Source: an uncultured Verrucomicrobiae bacterium
Lineage (GTDB): Bacteria > Verrucomicrobiota > Verrucomicrobiia > Limisphaerales > JAFGQR01
DNA: 64,000 nt
Direction of reading: 5' to 3'
Assembly: GCA_963788655.1 (NCBI GenBank)
Contig: CAWBHS010000078.1
Span: 64,001 to 128,000, forward strand
Part shown: positions 61,198 through 64,000 of the stretch, one piece after another
How positions within the stretch are numbered: position 1 is the first letter of the stretch
How the letters are laid out: each line of letters begins with the position of its first letter
The notes under the pieces: model-generated
What the model was told of the DNA's origin: nothing
Seen by the model: only the letters and a program-made list of their open reading frames with translations
Databases searched by the model: none
Position numbers and translations under genes: made by a program

Positions 61198-62370
61198 TCA
61201 TTCCGGGCGGAAGCGGTAGTAACGTGACGGTTGGTCCGCCGCTTCAGGATCGGTGAATTGGGCTGTGCCCTCGGCATTGCAGATGAGGTTGGTGATCGTG
61301 GTCCAGTCTGGGATTGCCAGATTCGAGCAGGCTTCGATGGCCACGGGAATATCGTTTGTGCCCACGAAGGTGAAACCGAAATGGCCCGCGTGAACGCCAA
61401 ACGTGCCGTCATTGGTCACGATGTGCGGGTTCCAGAGCACCGCCGGACGACCGGCAAACTCCGAGGTCCAACCCGCGGTACCCGGTAGATAATAGAGCGT
61501 GGCTCCTGAAGAGGAGCTAGGTCAAAAGAACGTATCAATCCCCAGGCTCGGAGCGTCTCCCAAGAAATAGACCCGTCGGTCGCCGCTAAAGGCGCCGAAG
61601 GCATAATCCTGGAGATGGGTGACGCTGGCTGGAACCGTGATGCTATCCAATCTGGTGAGGAATAGAATGCGCCGATGCCGATGGTGGTGACACCGTTAGG
61701 AACAGCATAATGCTTTCCCAGTTTTCCCGCCGGGGCATTGAACGAGCGTTGTTTGGTCCATGTTGAACAGCACTCCATCCAGACTGCTGTAAGCGGTGTT
61801 GCCGGCGGCCACGGTGATGTTGGTCAAAGAATCGCAGTCAGCAAATGCTCCTGTGTCGATGAAGGTGACACTGGCTGGAATGACCACGTTCGTCAAACTG
61901 AAGCAGCCGAAAAATGCGTGCTAGCCTATGGAGGTCACGCCATTTCCGAGGGTGAGGCTTTTCATTCCATCGCAGGTAAAGAATGCATGATCGCCGATTG
62001 AGATGACGCTATCCGGGATCGTGACGCTAGTCACAGAAGTCTCGTAATAAAACGCCTCGTCCGCAATGCGAGTCACCGGGAGGCCCTCCAGCGTATCTGG
62101 GATGACCACGCCTCCGCCCGATCCTGTGTAACCCGTGATAGTTCGTGACCTTGGCGCCGTCGTTGGTGTAGAGGAGTATCAAAGTGCGCGGAGCGGCCAT
62201 CGGCACGTCAAGGCCAGCAGCAGGAGTAGCAACAGGCATGGAATCCCTGCGGAGCGCGCGAGTCGGAGTGCGGTAGATAGCCCAGGCAGCTTGGCGACCG
62301 GGGCGGTGGTGGTGGATTTGATTCCCATGTTTAGAAACGTCAGTGCTTTGGATGTATTTGGTGTTTTCAT
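61198..62370 (-). pseudogene. BspA-type leucine-rich-repeat surface protein pseudogene
   Basis: LRR_5 fragments (VTIPDSVISIGDHAF, LTNVVIPASV, SLDGVLFN) spread over five short ORFs; in-frame TAG at 61921-61923 plus several frameshifts. Confidence 0.8.
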
Positions 62371-62534
62371 AATTCGTTCTTCGTTGATTCATCGATTTTC
62401 CGTCTCATCTATCCAATGCGCCGCTTTCCCAGGGTTTGGGCCAAAGAAAATGAAAAAGTTCTGCCGAGGCGGAAGGCTATGAAGGACTGGGACTTAGGCT
62501 GCGAGCCTAAGGATACACCGGCAGAAACCGGCAG

Positions 62535-64000
62535 TTAATTATCGACGTCGTCTCCCTTGATCAACGCCTTGGCCTCGGCGTGAAGGAGCCAGAAGAAGAC
62601 ACCGTCCTGGTTGATGAGAACATCTTCGGTGAGTTGGCCTGCCGGCGGCGGCGAGGCCATGAGCGATTCGCCAGTCTGGAAGCTTTTGCGGGCTTCATCC
62701 GTCCGCCCCAATTGCTGGATCGCCATGGCTTGAATCATCAACGACGGACCTTTGATCAGCGGATCGGAAGCGGTCACGGGCTGGGCCAGTATTTCCAGCG
62801 CTCCGGCGTAGTCCTGCTCCCGGTAACGAGCCAAGCCCAGGTTCATCGGGATCCATTCCCGGAATTCGCCATCCTTCCCGATCCCCCACGCGCGCTCGTC
62901 CAATGAGACCGCCAGCTTCAGCAGGCTCGGATTGGAACCACGAATCAAATAGGCCTTGGCGGCACGCTCAATGGTGGCGTCATTGCTGTTTGTGGCATAG
63001 TCGAGCACCTTCCGGCAGAACGCTTCGTATTCATTGGTCTGGCCGGTCCAGGCCAGGGCAAACGCCAATTGCATCGAACTGAGGGTGTTCTCCGGAGACC
63101 ATTGAGCAAGCTGTCGCTTGAGAAACTCCCCCGGCAGAAATGTCGAAGACGCAACATTTGTATCTGACAAAACAGTGTCGGCTTCTGTCGCGGCTTTTTC
63201 CGTCTGGCCGGTCGCCTGGTAAAACTCTGCCAAACGTTGGAGCGCTTCCTTCAGGCGTCGTTGGCGAACATTGGCAGGTATCTGTTCTTCGCGCTGTATC
63301 ATGCCTTCGTAGCCGGAGAGCAACAGCGGCGCGGCTTCCGCATATTTTTTTTGGCCCAACAAACTGCCGCCCAGCATGGATTGCGCATTGCAGGTGCGCC
63401 AGTCGTCAGGCATCAGCTTTTCGCGCAAGCGCAGACACTCCCGCGCCGGGGATTCGGCTTCGGCAAACTTGACCGCCTGGAGCAACGCAAGAACGTTCTC
63501 CGCCAGTGCGCCGGCGTCACGATACGGGATGGAGGATTCGTAAAGTGACAGGCACTGCGCGTAATATTGGTCGGCGTTTCCCGCGGACAAAAGCTGGATG
63601 ACCTCTTTTTCGGTCGCGACGGCTTGGTCGAATTGTCCCGCTTCGGCGTAAGCCGCCGCCAACGTGTCCAAGTAAGCGACGTTCGTGCGCCCGGTGGTTG
63701 CGACGGCCTTTTCAGCGTCAATCACGGCGGTCGAGCCGTTGCGCAATTCCGTAAATGGAGAGGTTGCCAACGTCCAGGCCACCGCATTGAGCGACGACGC
63801 ATTGAGATGCTGAAGCGCCAGCAGTTTCTCGCGGAGTTTGTTCGCTTCCGCAGAATCACTCTGCTGCACCAGCGATTGAATGCGGTCCAGGTAAAGTCGG
63901 GCGAGCAGGTCAGGGTCGCTGGAATTCCGGGTTTCCAATTGCTCGTAAAAGGTGGCCGCTTTCCGACGACATTCCGCCGCCTCATTCGTCCGGTCTGCCG
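62535..64000 (-). CDS. TPR-repeat protein, 5' end outside the window (possibly the C-terminus of a Ser/Thr kinase-TPR protein)
   Basis: LNAVAWTLAT, YLDTLAAAYAEAGQF, LGGSLLGQKKYAEAAPLLLSGYEG. Confidence 0.75.
   Translation of the reverse strand, partial: ADRTNEAAECRRKAATFYEQLETRNSSDPDLLARLYLDRIQSLVQQSDSAEANKLREKLLALQHLNASSLNAVAWTLATSPFTELRNGSTAVIDAEKAVATTGRTNVAYLDTLAAAYAEAGQFDQAVATEKEVIQLLSAGNADQYYAQCLSLYESSIPYRDAGALAENVLALLQAVKFAEAESPARECLRLREKLMPDDWRTCNAQSMLGGSLLGQKKYAEAAPLLLSGYEGMIQREEQIPANVRQRRLKEALQRLAEFYQATGQTEKAATEADTVLSDTNVASSTFLPGEFLKRQLAQWSPENTLSSMQLAFALAWTGQTNEYEAFCRKVLDYATNSNDATIERAAKAYLIRGSNPSLLKLAVSLDERAWGIGKDGEFREWIPMNLGLARYREQDYAGALEILAQPVTASDPLIKGPSLMIQAMAIQQLGRTDEARKSFQTGESLMASPPPAGQLTEDVLINQDGVFFWLLHAEAKALIKGDDVDN

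Noticed and set aside
62493..62511. Hairpin cttaggct-gcg-agcctaag as an intrinsic terminator
   Set aside because: The stem is only 8 bp with no U-tract on either strand; support is insufficient.

Overview
GC-rich bacterial window. The gene content and repeat types suggest Verrucomicrobiota of the Pedosphaera/Limisphaera type (inference). More than 10 otherwise intact genes are split by single-base frameshifts, which most likely reflects long-read assembly error. Layout: (1) 1-12 kb housekeeping and accessory genes: ECF sigma, small protein, Ycf46-type AAA ATPase, serine hydrolase, queE, Glu/Leu/Phe/Val dehydrogenase, zincin, ThuA-HEAT-discoidin protein, Tat oxidoreductase. (2) tRNA-Phe followed by a small island. 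It holds a ~5.0 kb five-gene IS21-like element (Cys-rich protein, ParB-like, IstA, IstB, DUF3991/TOPRIM) bounded by 86-bp terminal inverted repeats, then an integron attC site and a phage terminase remnant. (3) 18.5-37.7 kb carbohydrate-utilisation cluster: heparinase II/III-type lyase, GH16, oxidoreductase, MtaA/CmuA-like protein, MFS sugar porter, AGE epimerase, sugar-binding lipoprotein, 4x LamG-like protein, DUF4434 and a GH-like protein. (4) 37.9-56.9 kb: two giant lamin-tail/CotH-kinase proteins mirrored around a two-component system, with a solitary gene cassette and an orphan antitoxin in between. (5) 57-64 kb surface proteins and a TPR protein. At least five families of REP/REPIN-like palindromes occur, and several sit inside open reading frames at the N-termini of secreted proteins. 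The best candidate for an undescribed system is the ParB+primase-carrying IS21-like element.
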